A stretch of 64,000 nt of DNA from Gemmatimonadales bacterium (GCA_035631315.1 DASQIZ010000097.1:10097-74096), one strand, 5' to 3'; shown: positions 10,167-19,870, numbered from the stretch's first letter. A program made the numbers and translations. The notes: generated by a model from the sequence alone, not told the origin.

Positions 10167-10981
10167 CAGTCGCTGGGAAACGCGCCCTTGGGGAAGATGC
10201 CCGCCGCGTTCTTCCACCTCACCTGCTCCACCTCTTCGACCGTGAGCAGGCGTTCGAGGTATCGCAGCTTGGCCCAACCGGAGCACAACGTCATGTCGGC
10301 GCCCCACAGCAACCGGTTCACGCCCACCGCGTCGACGCAGGCTTCGAGCATGCCGCCATCCACACCCGATCCCGACAGATCCACGTACACGTTGGGGACG
10401 TCGCGCACGGCGGCGAGCGAATGCAGCCAGTCCCCGCCCCCGCCGATGTGTGCGAGGAGAAACGAGACCGTGGGGTGACGGATGGCGAGCGCGCAGAGCT
10501 CGACGGCGTCGGACGCTTCCTGCTGCGGCCACTCGTGGCGGCGATGCTGCCAGAGGTGATGCAGCACCGGGAGATGATGCTTCGCGGCCGCCTGACACAC
10601 GGGATCGAGCAGCGGATCATCGGCGCGCCGGCTCGCGGCCAGCTTGAGGCCGATCATCCCGGCTTTCACGCAGCGAGTGATCTCGGCGAGCGCGTGCTCG
10701 GTGTAATTCGGGTTGACGCACACATAGCCGCGGATGCGGTTGGCGTGCGCCTTCTGCAGGCCGAGCAGAAAATCGTTGCCGTAGGTGACGTCGGCGGGAG
10801 ACGGGAAGTACGTAGGCGACGTCCGGCCGAACGTCCCGAGAATCGACGCCACATGAATCGTGACTCCCATCCGGTCCCCGGCGGCGAGACGGGACGCGTT
10901 GTACTCCCGCCAGTCGTTCCGCGGACTCCGGTCAGGATGAAAGTGCGCGTGGACGTCGATCAGCATCACGGAATCTGGCAC
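10166..10981 (-). CDS. Metal-dependent amidohydrolase family protein
   Basis: N-terminal MLIDVHAHF (HxH metal site) and later LLAHIGGGG, GADM. 271 aa. Confidence 0.75.
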   Translation of the reverse strand: MPDSVMLIDVHAHFHPDRSPRNDWREYNASRLAAGDRMGVTIHVASILGTFGRTSPTYFPSPADVTYGNDFLLGLQKAHANRIRGYVCVNPNYTEHALAEITRCVKAGMIGLKLAASRRADDPLLDPVCQAAAKHHLPVLHHLWQHRRHEWPQQEASDAVELCALAIRHPTVSFLLAHIGGGGDWLHSLAAVRDVPNVYVDLSGSGVDGGMLEACVDAVGVNRLLWGADMTLCSGWAKLRYLERLLTVEEVEQVRWKNAAGIFPKGAFPSD

Positions 10982-10984
10982 GCC

Positions 10985-12163
10985 TCAAGGCTCACGCGCC
11001 ACCTCGCCCAGTACTTCGTCGAGCGTGCTCAGTGTGCGGTCGATCACGTTCACGTCGTGAGCGTAGGACACGAAGTTGTACGCGGTCCGCTTGAACAGGA
11101 GGCCGCGCGCCGCGCACCGCCTGGCCACGCGTGCCGAGGCGCGTTCGTCGACGTAATGGAGGAAGCTCATCTCGGCGACTCCGGCCACACCGGTGACGAC
11201 GTCCTTGTGCTTCGCCGCCAGGGTGTGAAGACCGTGCAGGAGACGCGTGCCGACGGTGTGGAGATGCTGGCACACGGGCTCGGTCGTGAATACGCGGAGC
11301 GTGGCCAGGGCGGCCGCGAGCGCCACCGATTCCGTCGCGAGCGTTGAGGAGATCCAGGTGCGGGCCGCGGCGTCCATGATGCCGGCCGCGCCGCCCACCA
11401 CCGCCAGCGGAAATCCATTGGCGAGGGCCTTCCCCACCACCATGAGATCGGGATGGACGCCCCAACGCTCCGCGGCGCCACCAATCGCCAGCCGGAACGC
11501 GGTCTTGATCTCGTCGAACACCAGGACCGCACCGGCGGCTTTCGTCTCGGTCCGCAGGGCTTCGAGCCATTCGCGCGACGGTTCCTGCACTACCAGCGGC
11601 TCGACGACCACCGCCGCGAGCGAGCGTCCGGCCTCCCGAATGAGCGCGCGGGTGCGGGCGACATCATTGAATGGCAATTCCCGGCGCAGCTCCCGGAGAA
11701 GGCCGGGCACGCCCTCCACACTTCCCTGCGACCAATCGAGCCAGCCGTGGTATCCACAGGTCAACACCAGCTCCCGGCCGGTGGAGACGCGCGCGATCCG
11801 AACCGCTGCAGCGACCGCTTCGGCGCCGGTCTTGAGGAACCGCACCCGCTGCACGCCCGGGAGGCGCACGCAGAGGGCGTCGGCAAGCTCCTCTTCGAGT
11901 GCCGGCGGCTGAGGACCGACCACACCGGCGTCGACCGCCCTGCGGGCGGCTTCATTCACGGCAGGATGCCCGTAGCCGAGCGCCACGGCACCCAGCGCCA
12001 TCACGTAATCGAGGTATTCGCGCCCCGCCTCATCCCAGACCTTGTATCCGGCCGCCCGCGTCGTGAAACGCGGGAGGCCCGGAGCAGCGTCCGGTCCGAA
12101 GAGGGCGTCGGGCCGCTTACTTCCGGTCGACGTGATGCCCGGTATTCGCCGCGATTCGCTCAC
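10985..12163 (-). CDS. Class III (PLP) aminotransferase, glutamate-1-semialdehyde aminomutase-like
   Basis: RIPGITSTGSKRP N-terminus, FLKTGAEAV, VFDEIKTAFR and MVVGKALANGFPL (PLP-Lys region). GTG start. Confidence 0.8.
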   Translation of the reverse strand: MSESRRIPGITSTGSKRPDALFGPDAAPGLPRFTTRAAGYKVWDEAGREYLDYVMALGAVALGYGHPAVNEAARRAVDAGVVGPQPPALEEELADALCVRLPGVQRVRFLKTGAEAVAAAVRIARVSTGRELVLTCGYHGWLDWSQGSVEGVPGLLRELRRELPFNDVARTRALIREAGRSLAAVVVEPLVVQEPSREWLEALRTETKAAGAVLVFDEIKTAFRLAIGGAAERWGVHPDLMVVGKALANGFPLAVVGGAAGIMDAAARTWISSTLATESVALAAALATLRVFTTEPVCQHLHTVGTRLLHGLHTLAAKHKDVVTGVAGVAEMSFLHYVDERASARVARRCAARGLLFKRTAYNFVSYAHDVNVIDRTLSTLDEVLGEVAREP

Positions 12164-12872
12164 GGTACTTCACCACCTCGATCGCCATGGCGCGGAGCAA
12201 CTTGGCTTCGCGCTCGTCCAGGGGAAGCCGGTGCACCACTTCCCGCACCGTCCGCATCACTCCTTCGGGGTTTCGCGTCTTGAAGAAATCGATCGCCTCG
12301 AGTGCCCGCTCGACGTCCGCGAACAGACGCTCCAGCTCCGTCGAATCCGCGGGACCCGCTTCGCGTCGCGGCGCCTTGAACGCCCGTTCCCCCGCCCCGG
12401 CAGCGAGCGCGACTTCGTAGCACGCGATCGCGACCGCATGGCCGAGGTTGAGGGAGCCGTACGTGGGCTCAGTCGGCACGGTGACGATCCGATGGCACCG
12501 ATCGAGGGCCTCATTCGGGAGACCCTTGTCCTCACGGCCGAAGAGCAGCGCCGTCGGCCCAGTCTCCGCGACCGCGACGAGCTCAGACGCCGCGTCCCGG
12601 GGCCGCTGAAGATTCCGCTTGGCGGTGCGGCCGCGGGCGGTGAATCCCGCTACGTGCACGCAATCGCCAAGCGCCTCGTCGAGGGTCTCGCACAGGCGCA
12701 CCCGAGCCAGAAGGTCGGCCGTCTGGTGCGCGATGCCCCCGATCCGGTGCGTGTCGTACTCGCGCGGAGACACCACGCGGAGGTCCTTCAGCCCGAAGTT
12801 CTTCATCACGCGTACGGTGTGCGCGATGTTGACCAGATCCTGAGGCTCGTGGAGCACCACCACCAGACTCAT
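12117..12872 (-). CDS. SPOUT (SpoU/TrmJ-like) RNA 2'-O-methyltransferase
   Basis: The real start is MSLVVVLHEPQDLVNIAHTVRVMKNFG (ATG 12872, ATGA overlap). SPOUT motifs LLFGREDKGLPNEAL and SLNLGHAVAIACYE. The track ORF 12117..13352 has a spurious 160-aa extension. Confidence 0.75.
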   Translation of the reverse strand: MSLVVVLHEPQDLVNIAHTVRVMKNFGLKDLRVVSPREYDTHRIGGIAHQTADLLARVRLCETLDEALGDCVHVAGFTARGRTAKRNLQRPRDAASELVAVAETGPTALLFGREDKGLPNEALDRCHRIVTVPTEPTYGSLNLGHAVAIACYEVALAAGAGERAFKAPRREAGPADSTELERLFADVERALEAIDFFKTRNPEGVMRTVREVVHRLPLDEREAKLLRAMAIEVVKYRERIAANTGHHVDRK

Positions 12873-15574
12873 CCGACCAGCTCCAGGGTCCCGAGCCGGT
12901 CCGGCTCCTGGCGGTCTCCCCGGAGCCACACCCAGCCGCCACCGCCGCTCCACACCAGCTGACCTGCGCGCCGCACCCGTCCGGGCAGCATCTCGTTCAC
13001 CAGCAGATCGAACCCAACGTGCGCACCGACGTGCGCGCGCGCGAAATCGGCCGCCGAGATCGCGACGGTGACGCGGTACCCCGTGTCGGTCTCGCTCCAC
13101 GCGCCATGTACCTCTGACGCAAGCCCCTTGGTCTCGCCCGCTCCGTGGACCCGCAGCTTCCCGCCGGCCTCGGGGACGATGAGGTAACCGTGCACCGCCG
13201 GGTCTTCGGGCATCCGGATGTAGACCTGCAGCCCATCCGAGTGGATGTCGTCCGGGTCGTTGTCGAGAAGCAGGGGCGGCGCGTTCGCCGGCCGGAAGAG
13301 CACGTCGGGTTTGTGCACCTCCACCGCGAGGTAGAGCGTTCCCTCTTCCCACCCCACGTACGCCCGCGCGTTGAAATCATCGGGGCCGCCGTACGGCTCC
13401 TCGGACCGGCGATACTGATCCTCCAACTCGAGCACAAGTGGTTCTGAGGGGTCGAATCCGACGAGGGTGCCGTCCAGTGCCGGAGACGCATCGAGCCGCA
13501 GGGCCGCGCCCTCGGCACGCGGCGGCGGCTCGAGGTCCAGGAATGCGCGTGGCCGTTCAATACGGTCGCGCATGCCCCGGAGAGCAATGCGCCCCTTGGA
13601 CGTGTCCACGTTCCAGCCGTCGAGGTGGCGCCGGTGAGTGTCCGTGCCACCGTGCTGCACGACTTCGATCACGTCACCTGACAACACCATCTTGATGATG
13701 GGCTCCCGGGAAATCACCGTGACGAACCGGGCGCCATCGCCGTCGCGCCTGACCACATAGAAGGAAGAAGGCCTGCGTGTGCCCGGCGCGCCAAGGGCGG
13801 TGAGTCGCAGGAGTTGACCGTCAGCCGCCATCCTGATGGCCAGGGCGGCCTCTCCCGAGCGCGCTTCCAAGCTGATCGGATCCCGGACGCCGGGCGCGAA
13901 CTGTTCGGCCTTGGTGACGAAGGGCGCGTCGAATGTCGCCGGGTCCCAGGAGCCCGGAGTCGACATCGTCACGTCGCCGAGCAGGTGCCAGGGAAGCTCA
14001 GTGCGGTGGTTGCCGGCGGCATCCAGCTCCATGAGGTCGAGGATGTAGGTGGGCCCGACGACCACGGTCCGAGTGAAGACGCCGGCCCGTCCCCGGGTCC
14101 AGGCCCATTCCTCCTGCACATCGAACATCTCGCAGACGGCATCCCAATTCGGCTGAGAATCGCCGTCGAGACGTGGCGCGTTATGCGCCAACGTCGAGCG
14201 ATACCACGGCAGATCGGGCGTGAGATAGGATCCCGTGCCGAAATCAGGTAGCCAGTGCACACCGTCCTGATGCACCGTCAGGTGCAGGCGATCCGGATGG
14301 CCATGACCACCGCCGGTCGGCCCGCATTCGAGACTCACGTAGCGAGTGCCGTCGCGGAAGACGGCGAGCCCCTGGTCCTGAAGCAGCGCGCTCCGTCCCT
14401 TCCAAGGCTCCGCGGGAGCCGGATCGGGACTCATCTCGAGCAGCGCCGCCCACGACAGACCGTCTCGCGCCGGCGTGACCGGCGCGTTCTCATACGGTGC
14501 GTCGTGGAGGTAGGACTCGAAGAGCTGCTGAGGCTGAGGGACGGCTCCGTAGAGCGCCGTCAGCCACCGGCGCCCCTCCTCACTCTCCATGCGTCCGAAC
14601 GCGACCTCCCAGGTATCGAGGTACATGGGCTGCGCCAGCGAGACCCCGAAGCGCGAGTCTTTGCGCGCCGGGAATGTGAGATCGGGGAGCGCGGAGAACG
14701 AAGGAGCCAACAGAATGGTTTCGATGCGGCCGCGGAGCGCCTCATCTCCTTCGACGTCGATCCCGGCGTCATGGGCCCACCCGAGTCCCGTGATCAGTCC
14801 CCGCATGGCGAACAGGTGGTAGTTCTCGCCTTCATACCAAAGCCCGTCGGTCCGGTAGCCCCGTAGGTGCGCGAGCAACCCCGTCTCACCCTCGATGGCC
14901 CGCTTCGCGAGATCCTCATCCTCAAACCAGACGGCGATCGCAATGAGCGCGGCGTTGTTCCAGGTCTGCCGGTTGGAAAACCCTTCGTCGAATTCCCCGA
15001 TGAGATTCGCCGCCTCGTCGGCGACCTGGTGCACCGCGGCGGAGGTCGGCTCATCGAGGGACCCGCATTCCCGCAGCATCCACGCCGCCGATAGATAGTT
15101 GAGCACCCACATCGATTCGGCGTACGTCGACGAGAAGAGGCGGCTGGGGCCGAGGACGTTGTCGCGGTTCGGATAGGTGAGGTACCGGCGCGCATACTCG
15201 GTGAGCAAGGCGGCAGCGCCGCGCGCCAGGTCCGGCTTCTCGCCGAGCGCCGCCACGGTCGCCATCTCCGCCGCCCGCTCGGCAAGCCACAAGTGCTGGT
15301 GACGAGCCCACCACTGATCGTGGCGTTCGCCCGAGTACGCATTTCCGCAGACGGGGCACTGGTGGGACGACGGACTGACGGGATCAAAGGTCAGGACGGT
15401 GCCGTCGGCCGGGCACAATCCGCCGTCGGCCGAGAGAATTGCCTTCATCGCCGGGATGGTGGGAGGTGCCGCGAGCACGCGCGCGGCACGGGCTTCGAGC
15501 CGTTCGTAGAGGCCCCGGAGCGTCTTCGACGACTGCAGCTCCCGCCGGCGGTGTTCGATCTCTTCGATGGTCAC
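12869..15574 (-). CDS. Heparinase II/III-family (alginate-lyase-like) protein with C-terminal carbohydrate-binding-like domain
   Basis: WYEGENYHLFAMRGL, GGGHGHPDRLHLTVH and STLAHNAPRLDG are typical of heparinase II/III. The C-terminal YLAVEVHKPD...LLDNDPDDIHSDGLQVY resembles a CBM9-like module. Start placed at GTG 15574 (GTGA overlap with the GHMP kinase stop); the track start is 15601. Confidence 0.7.
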   Translation of the reverse strand: MTIEEIEHRRRELQSSKTLRGLYERLEARAARVLAAPPTIPAMKAILSADGGLCPADGTVLTFDPVSPSSHQCPVCGNAYSGERHDQWWARHQHLWLAERAAEMATVAALGEKPDLARGAAALLTEYARRYLTYPNRDNVLGPSRLFSSTYAESMWVLNYLSAAWMLRECGSLDEPTSAAVHQVADEAANLIGEFDEGFSNRQTWNNAALIAIAVWFEDEDLAKRAIEGETGLLAHLRGYRTDGLWYEGENYHLFAMRGLITGLGWAHDAGIDVEGDEALRGRIETILLAPSFSALPDLTFPARKDSRFGVSLAQPMYLDTWEVAFGRMESEEGRRWLTALYGAVPQPQQLFESYLHDAPYENAPVTPARDGLSWAALLEMSPDPAPAEPWKGRSALLQDQGLAVFRDGTRYVSLECGPTGGGHGHPDRLHLTVHQDGVHWLPDFGTGSYLTPDLPWYRSTLAHNAPRLDGDSQPNWDAVCEMFDVQEEWAWTRGRAGVFTRTVVVGPTYILDLMELDAAGNHRTELPWHLLGDVTMSTPGSWDPATFDAPFVTKAEQFAPGVRDPISLEARSGEAALAIRMAADGQLLRLTALGAPGTRRPSSFYVVRRDGDGARFVTVISREPIIKMVLSGDVIEVVQHGGTDTHRRHLDGWNVDTSKGRIALRGMRDRIERPRAFLDLEPPPRAEGAALRLDASPALDGTLVGFDPSEPLVLELEDQYRRSEEPYGGPDDFNARAYVGWEEGTLYLAVEVHKPDVLFRPANAPPLLLDNDPDDIHSDGLQVYIRMPEDPAVHGYLIVPEAGGKLRVHGAGETKGLASEVHGAWSETDTGYRVTVAISAADFARAHVGAHVGFDLLVNEMLPGRVRRAGQLVWSGGGGWVWLRGDRQEPDRLGTLELVG

Positions 15575-16584
15575 CACGCGCGGCCACCCTCCAGGTCCCA
15601 CTTCACTGGCAAGATCGTTGCGCCGGCCTCCCGCGCAGCGCGAACGGCCCCATCCACATCCTCACCAGCTACGAAGAACATCGATCCGCCTGCCCCAGCC
15701 CCCGCGGCTTTGCCACCCAACGCTCCCGCCGCGGCCAGGGCCTGCTCGAGGCGGGCCATCGCGGGGGTGCGCATGCCTTCGCCGAGCTCCAATTGCCTCT
15801 CCCAGTTTCGACTCAAGATCCTGCCGACGGCAGCCAGGTCACCGGCGCGAAGTGCATCAGCCATTTCCCCGGCCAGGTCTTTCAGCGCGCGCAGTGCCCC
15901 CGTGACTTTGGGATCGCCCTTTTCATACGCGATCGCCACCCGCGTGATCATGTCGGACGACACTCTCGTCTCGCCGGTATAGCAGAGCACCACATGACGG
16001 GCGAGTGCATCGGCGAACGCCGGTGCCAGGGTGATCGGCTCCACTCCCACATCGGGATCGCGAAACGTAAACCGGTGGAAACCACCATAGGCTGCCGCCT
16101 GCTGGTCCTGCCGGCCCCCCGGCAGGCGCGCCTCCACGGCTTCCAAGTGCCACGCGTGCTCAGCCAGCTCCCGCGTGTCCCAACGCTCATCCCGGGCGCG
16201 TGCGAGGCAAGCCACGAGGGCGACATCGAGCGCCCCAGACCCGCCGAGCCCGGACCCGGGAGGGGCGGCGGATCGAGTTTTGAGCGTCAGGTTCCCCTGC
16301 ACCGGAAACATCCGCAGGGCCGCCTTGTGCAGCTCGAGACGGCCGTCGGAAATCAGCCCTCCGGCGTTCACGCACTCGACCACGGAGCCGGTGTCCTCCG
16401 CTTCGAGGCGAATGAGGGGCCCCCCGATCTCGAGCGCGACCTCCACTCGAAGCGCGAGGGCGCCATTGACCACCACGCCTCCTTCGCGCGCCGAAAATGG
16501 CGGCACGTCGGTCCAGCCACCCGCAAAATCAAGTCGCGCAGGAGCCGAAGCGCGGACCAGGGTCGGGAGCTCCCGGCGTCTCAT
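15571..16584 (-). CDS. GHMP-family sugar kinase
   Basis: RLDFAGGWTD and the GHMP ATP motif PPGSGLGGSGA. ATGA overlap with the upstream SBP gene. Confidence 0.8.
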   Translation of the reverse strand: MRRRELPTLVRASAPARLDFAGGWTDVPPFSAREGGVVVNGALALRVEVALEIGGPLIRLEAEDTGSVVECVNAGGLISDGRLELHKAALRMFPVQGNLTLKTRSAAPPGSGLGGSGALDVALVACLARARDERWDTRELAEHAWHLEAVEARLPGGRQDQQAAAYGGFHRFTFRDPDVGVEPITLAPAFADALARHVVLCYTGETRVSSDMITRVAIAYEKGDPKVTGALRALKDLAGEMADALRAGDLAAVGRILSRNWERQLELGEGMRTPAMARLEQALAAAGALGGKAAGAGAGGSMFFVAGEDVDGAVRAAREAGATILPVKWDLEGGRAW

Positions 16585-18020
16585 GGCCCGGTAGACCAGG
16601 AGGCGAGGGTCGGCAGCTCTCCGCGAGCGTCCATCCGGACCCCATGGACGCGCCGGTTCATGCCGTTCACCCCGCGGGCGTGGTAGAGCCAGATGACAGG
16701 ATGATTCGCGCCGAGCAGGCGCTGGGCCTCTTGTGGGTCATCGGGCAACGGCATGCCGGTGAGATCACCGATCGTGTGCACGTACGACAGTCCGGGATCC
16801 CCGGGGATGCTCATCACGGCCGCCGCGAAATCGTGCGCGCGATACACCATGCCGTTGAACGTCGCGAGCTCGTATTGACGGATACCGACGTGGCACCCCA
16901 CCGCCGCGAGATTCGCCTGAATCAGCTGTTCCACCGCGGCTTCTCCACTCCCGACCGTGACGATGTCGAAAGTCGGGCAATGTCCCGCCAGCAGCCGGCG
17001 AGCCGAGTCTGGGTCGAACGGGATGGAAGTCACGGGAACGTAGCCGGGGAGCTCCGGAGGCACTGGCCCATCGGCCACGCTGCCGAACCCGAAGAGCACG
17101 CCGTCGATGATGGCGCGCCGATTGATCGCCAGCGCGAGTGCCAACCGCACCGTCGGATCATTGAACGGAGGCCGCCGGACGTTCAAGACCAGTCCGTACG
17201 GCAAGATCAGCGGATACTCGAGCACCTGAAGCCGCGGATCTTTGCGGGCAAAGGGCACATGGATGGCGGTAATGCCCGCGAAGTCGAGCTCACCCCCGGC
17301 GAGGGCGGCGAGTTTGGCGGTGGGCTCATCCACGGTGACGACGATGAATCGCGAGAGGTGCGGCGGCCCGCCCAGTGAAGCCGGGAAATCGGGGTTGGCG
17401 TCGAAGATCCACCGGCGGTTGTGCTCCATCGACACGAAGCGAAATGGTCCGTTGCCGATCGGGCGGCTATTCCACGGCGCGCTGCGCATCGCACCGTCGG
17501 GCACGGAGCTCAGCAGATGGGCCGGAAGGATTGCCAGATCAGTGAAAACGTCGGGGAACCCCTGCGGGGCGAGTGACCACCGGACCATGACCGTCGAGTC
17601 GTTCGTTGCCGTCACCGCTTGGATGGCCGCGAGATCCGCATACCTCGCATAGCCGGTGACCGAGTCACGCGCAGCGTTCAGCGTCCAGGCCACATCCTGT
17701 GCCGTCGTCGGCACGCCGTCATCCCATCGCACATCGGTATGGAGCGCGAACGTGAGCGTGCGGCGGTCGGGGCTCCAGGTCCAGCCACGGGCAAGATACG
17801 GCTGAGGCTGGAGCGCGCTGTCGTACCGCGCCAACGTGGTCAAGAGCGCGTAGCGCTCGACTTGTCGCGGCAACGGCGAACGCGTCACGAGGCTGTTCAT
17901 GGTTTCGAGATCGGCGCCATAGGCAAAGAGCACCGTCGATCCGCGCCGGGCCGCGCGGTCACCAGTGCACGCCGCGGTACAGCCGGCGAGCGCGAGGAGC
18001 CAGCAGGCGGTGCGATTCAC
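16581..18020 (-). CDS. ABC transporter substrate-binding lipoprotein, family 5 (peptide/oligosaccharide/nickel type)
   Basis: Lipobox LLALAGCTAAC. Family-5 pattern throughout (TFALHTDVRWDDGVPTTAQDV). Confidence 0.75.
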   Translation of the reverse strand: MNRTACWLLALAGCTAACTGDRAARRGSTVLFAYGADLETMNSLVTRSPLPRQVERYALLTTLARYDSALQPQPYLARGWTWSPDRRTLTFALHTDVRWDDGVPTTAQDVAWTLNAARDSVTGYARYADLAAIQAVTATNDSTVMVRWSLAPQGFPDVFTDLAILPAHLLSSVPDGAMRSAPWNSRPIGNGPFRFVSMEHNRRWIFDANPDFPASLGGPPHLSRFIVVTVDEPTAKLAALAGGELDFAGITAIHVPFARKDPRLQVLEYPLILPYGLVLNVRRPPFNDPTVRLALALAINRRAIIDGVLFGFGSVADGPVPPELPGYVPVTSIPFDPDSARRLLAGHCPTFDIVTVGSGEAAVEQLIQANLAAVGCHVGIRQYELATFNGMVYRAHDFAAAVMSIPGDPGLSYVHTIGDLTGMPLPDDPQEAQRLLGANHPVIWLYHARGVNGMNRRVHGVRMDARGELPTLASWSTGP

Positions 18021-18065
18021 GCCCGCATTCTAGCGGCCCCTGAACCGGGACGCGAGATTGTCGCC

Positions 18066-19034
18066 GTGCTCCGGCATCTTCTCACTCGCCTCGCCGTGGG
18101 CGCCGCGGTGGTCGCAGGCGTCGTGACGCTGACGTTCCTCCTGCTGCACGCCGCACCCGGGAATCCCGTCGACTATCTCCTCGGCCCCACCGCCACCGAA
18201 AGTCAGATCACTGCCGCCCGTCATTCCCTCGGCCTGGATCAACCCCTGGCGTCGCAGTTCGCGTCCTGGCTTTCCCGGTTCGCGACCGGCGACTGGGGGA
18301 CCAGCATCGCGACCGGACGCCCCGTGCGGACCATGATCGCCACCGCGTGGCCCGAAACGGCGTGGCTCGTTGGGCTGTCCTTATTGCTCTCGTGCGGCCT
18401 CGGCGTCCTGGTGGGTGCACTCCAGGCGGCGCGTCCCGGCTCCCGCACCGACTCGGCCCTCTCGGTGGGGACCGTCACGCTCTATGCAGTCCCGAGCTAT
18501 TGGCTGGGACTCATGTTGATCATGCTGGGGACTTATCAGTGGAAGGTGTTTCCGGCCTTCGGTGCGGCGGGCTACGACGCGGACTTCCTTGGCGTCTGGG
18601 CCCAGCTGCTCGACCGCGCGCGCCACCTCGCCCTTCCGCTCCTCACCCTGACGCTCATTGGCATCGGAGGGATGGCGCGCTTCGCCAGAGGCGCGATGGT
18701 CGACGTCCGGCGAGAGCCGTTCATCACTACCGCGCGCGCGAAGGGGCTCCCACCCCGCCGAGTGACGGGACACATCCTCCGGAACGCCCTGATTCCGGTC
18801 GTGACGCTGCTTGGGCTGTCCTTGCCGGCCCTCTTCTCCGGCGCCGTGTTCGTCGAGGCGGTGTTCGCCTGGCCGGGCGTGGGCCGCATCCTGGTGGAGG
18901 CCGTGCAGGCGCGTGACTACCCGGTGGTGATGGCGGCCACCGCGGTCAGCGCAGCCCTCGTGGTGCTCGGCAACTTGCTCGCCGACCTGTGGGTGAACGC
19001 GCTCGACCCCCGCCTCAAGAAGCACGCGGCATGA
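18066..19034 (+). CDS. ABC transporter permease (DppB/OppB-like)
   Basis: Start set at in-frame GTG 18066 (MLRHLLTRLAVGAAVV...LLHAAPGNPV). EAA-type loop ITTARAKGLPPRRV. The track ORF begins at 17619 inside the divergent SBP gene. Confidence 0.8.
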   Translation: MLRHLLTRLAVGAAVVAGVVTLTFLLLHAAPGNPVDYLLGPTATESQITAARHSLGLDQPLASQFASWLSRFATGDWGTSIATGRPVRTMIATAWPETAWLVGLSLLLSCGLGVLVGALQAARPGSRTDSALSVGTVTLYAVPSYWLGLMLIMLGTYQWKVFPAFGAAGYDADFLGVWAQLLDRARHLALPLLTLTLIGIGGMARFARGAMVDVRREPFITTARAKGLPPRRVTGHILRNALIPVVTLLGLSLPALFSGAVFVEAVFAWPGVGRILVEAVQARDYPVVMAATAVSAALVVLGNLLADLWVNALDPRLKKHAA

Positions 19035-19870
19035 ACGGCGTGTGGCGCGACCGGCGCGGCCGTTTCGGAATGCTCGTTCTGGCCCTGGCCACGGTCGTGG
19101 CGCTGGCCGCTCCGCTGGTCACCAACGGACACCCGAACCAGCAGGTCGACGTCATCCAGACGCGCTTTCTCCCGCCCCTGACCACCGACCCGCACGGGGG
19201 ATGGCACGCCCTCGGTACCGACCGGTTTGGACGGGACGTCTGGACCAGACTCGCCTACGGTGCGCGTATTTCCCTGGGCGTCGGAATCCTGGCCGTGTCG
19301 ATCTCCGTCGTGCTCGGCTGCCTGGTCGGCGGCATGGCCGGCGCAAGCCGCGGATTGCTGTCGAGAGGGTTGATGGCGGGAACCGACTTTGCGCTGGCCC
19401 TGCCCCGCGTCGTCCTCCTGCTCCTGCTCGCCGCGCTCTGGCGTCCCTCCGCAGGGCTCGTCGTGATCGTGCTCGGCGTGACGGGATGGATGGGTATCGC
19501 TCGATTGGTGTACGGCGAGGTCCGCTCTCTTTCGGCGCGAAGCTTCGCGGAAAGCGCCCGGGCGTTGGGCGCTACCCACCGGCGGGTGTTGTGGCATCAC
19601 CTCATCCCGAATGCCCTCACACCGGTGATCGTGGCGGCCGCACTCGGCGTAGGGAATGCGATTCTCCTGGAAGCAGGGCTCTCGTATCTCGGGCTGGGGG
19701 TTCAACCTCCCACTGCATCCTGGGGCTCGATGATTGCGTCGGGACGGGACACACTCGTCAACGCGCCATGGGTCGCGGCCGCGCCCGGGATCGCGCTCGT
19801 GCTGGTGGTGGTCGCCTGCACCCTGCTGGGGGATGCCGTTCGCGATCGGCTGGCGCCGGGCGCGACCTAG
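19031..19870 (+). CDS. ABC transporter permease (DppC/OppC-like)
   Basis: ATG 19031 overlaps the previous stop (ATGA). HALGTDRFGRDVWTRLAYGARISL and FAESARALGATHRRVLWHHLIPN. Confidence 0.8.
   Translation: MNGVWRDRRGRFGMLVLALATVVALAAPLVTNGHPNQQVDVIQTRFLPPLTTDPHGGWHALGTDRFGRDVWTRLAYGARISLGVGILAVSISVVLGCLVGGMAGASRGLLSRGLMAGTDFALALPRVVLLLLLAALWRPSAGLVVIVLGVTGWMGIARLVYGEVRSLSARSFAESARALGATHRRVLWHHLIPNALTPVIVAAALGVGNAILLEAGLSYLGLGVQPPTASWGSMIASGRDTLVNAPWVAAAPGIALVLVVVACTLLGDAVRDRLAPGAT

Noticed and set aside
9393-13352. Long N-terminal extensions in track ORFs 9393..10598 and 12117..13352 (also 17619..19034, 30801..33947, 37080..39068, 45350..46471, 61645..62217)
   Set aside because: The extensions overlap the upstream genes, are Arg-rich, and precede internal starts that sit on ATGA/GTGA junctions, follow an RBS, or expose signal peptides. 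I used the shorter versions.
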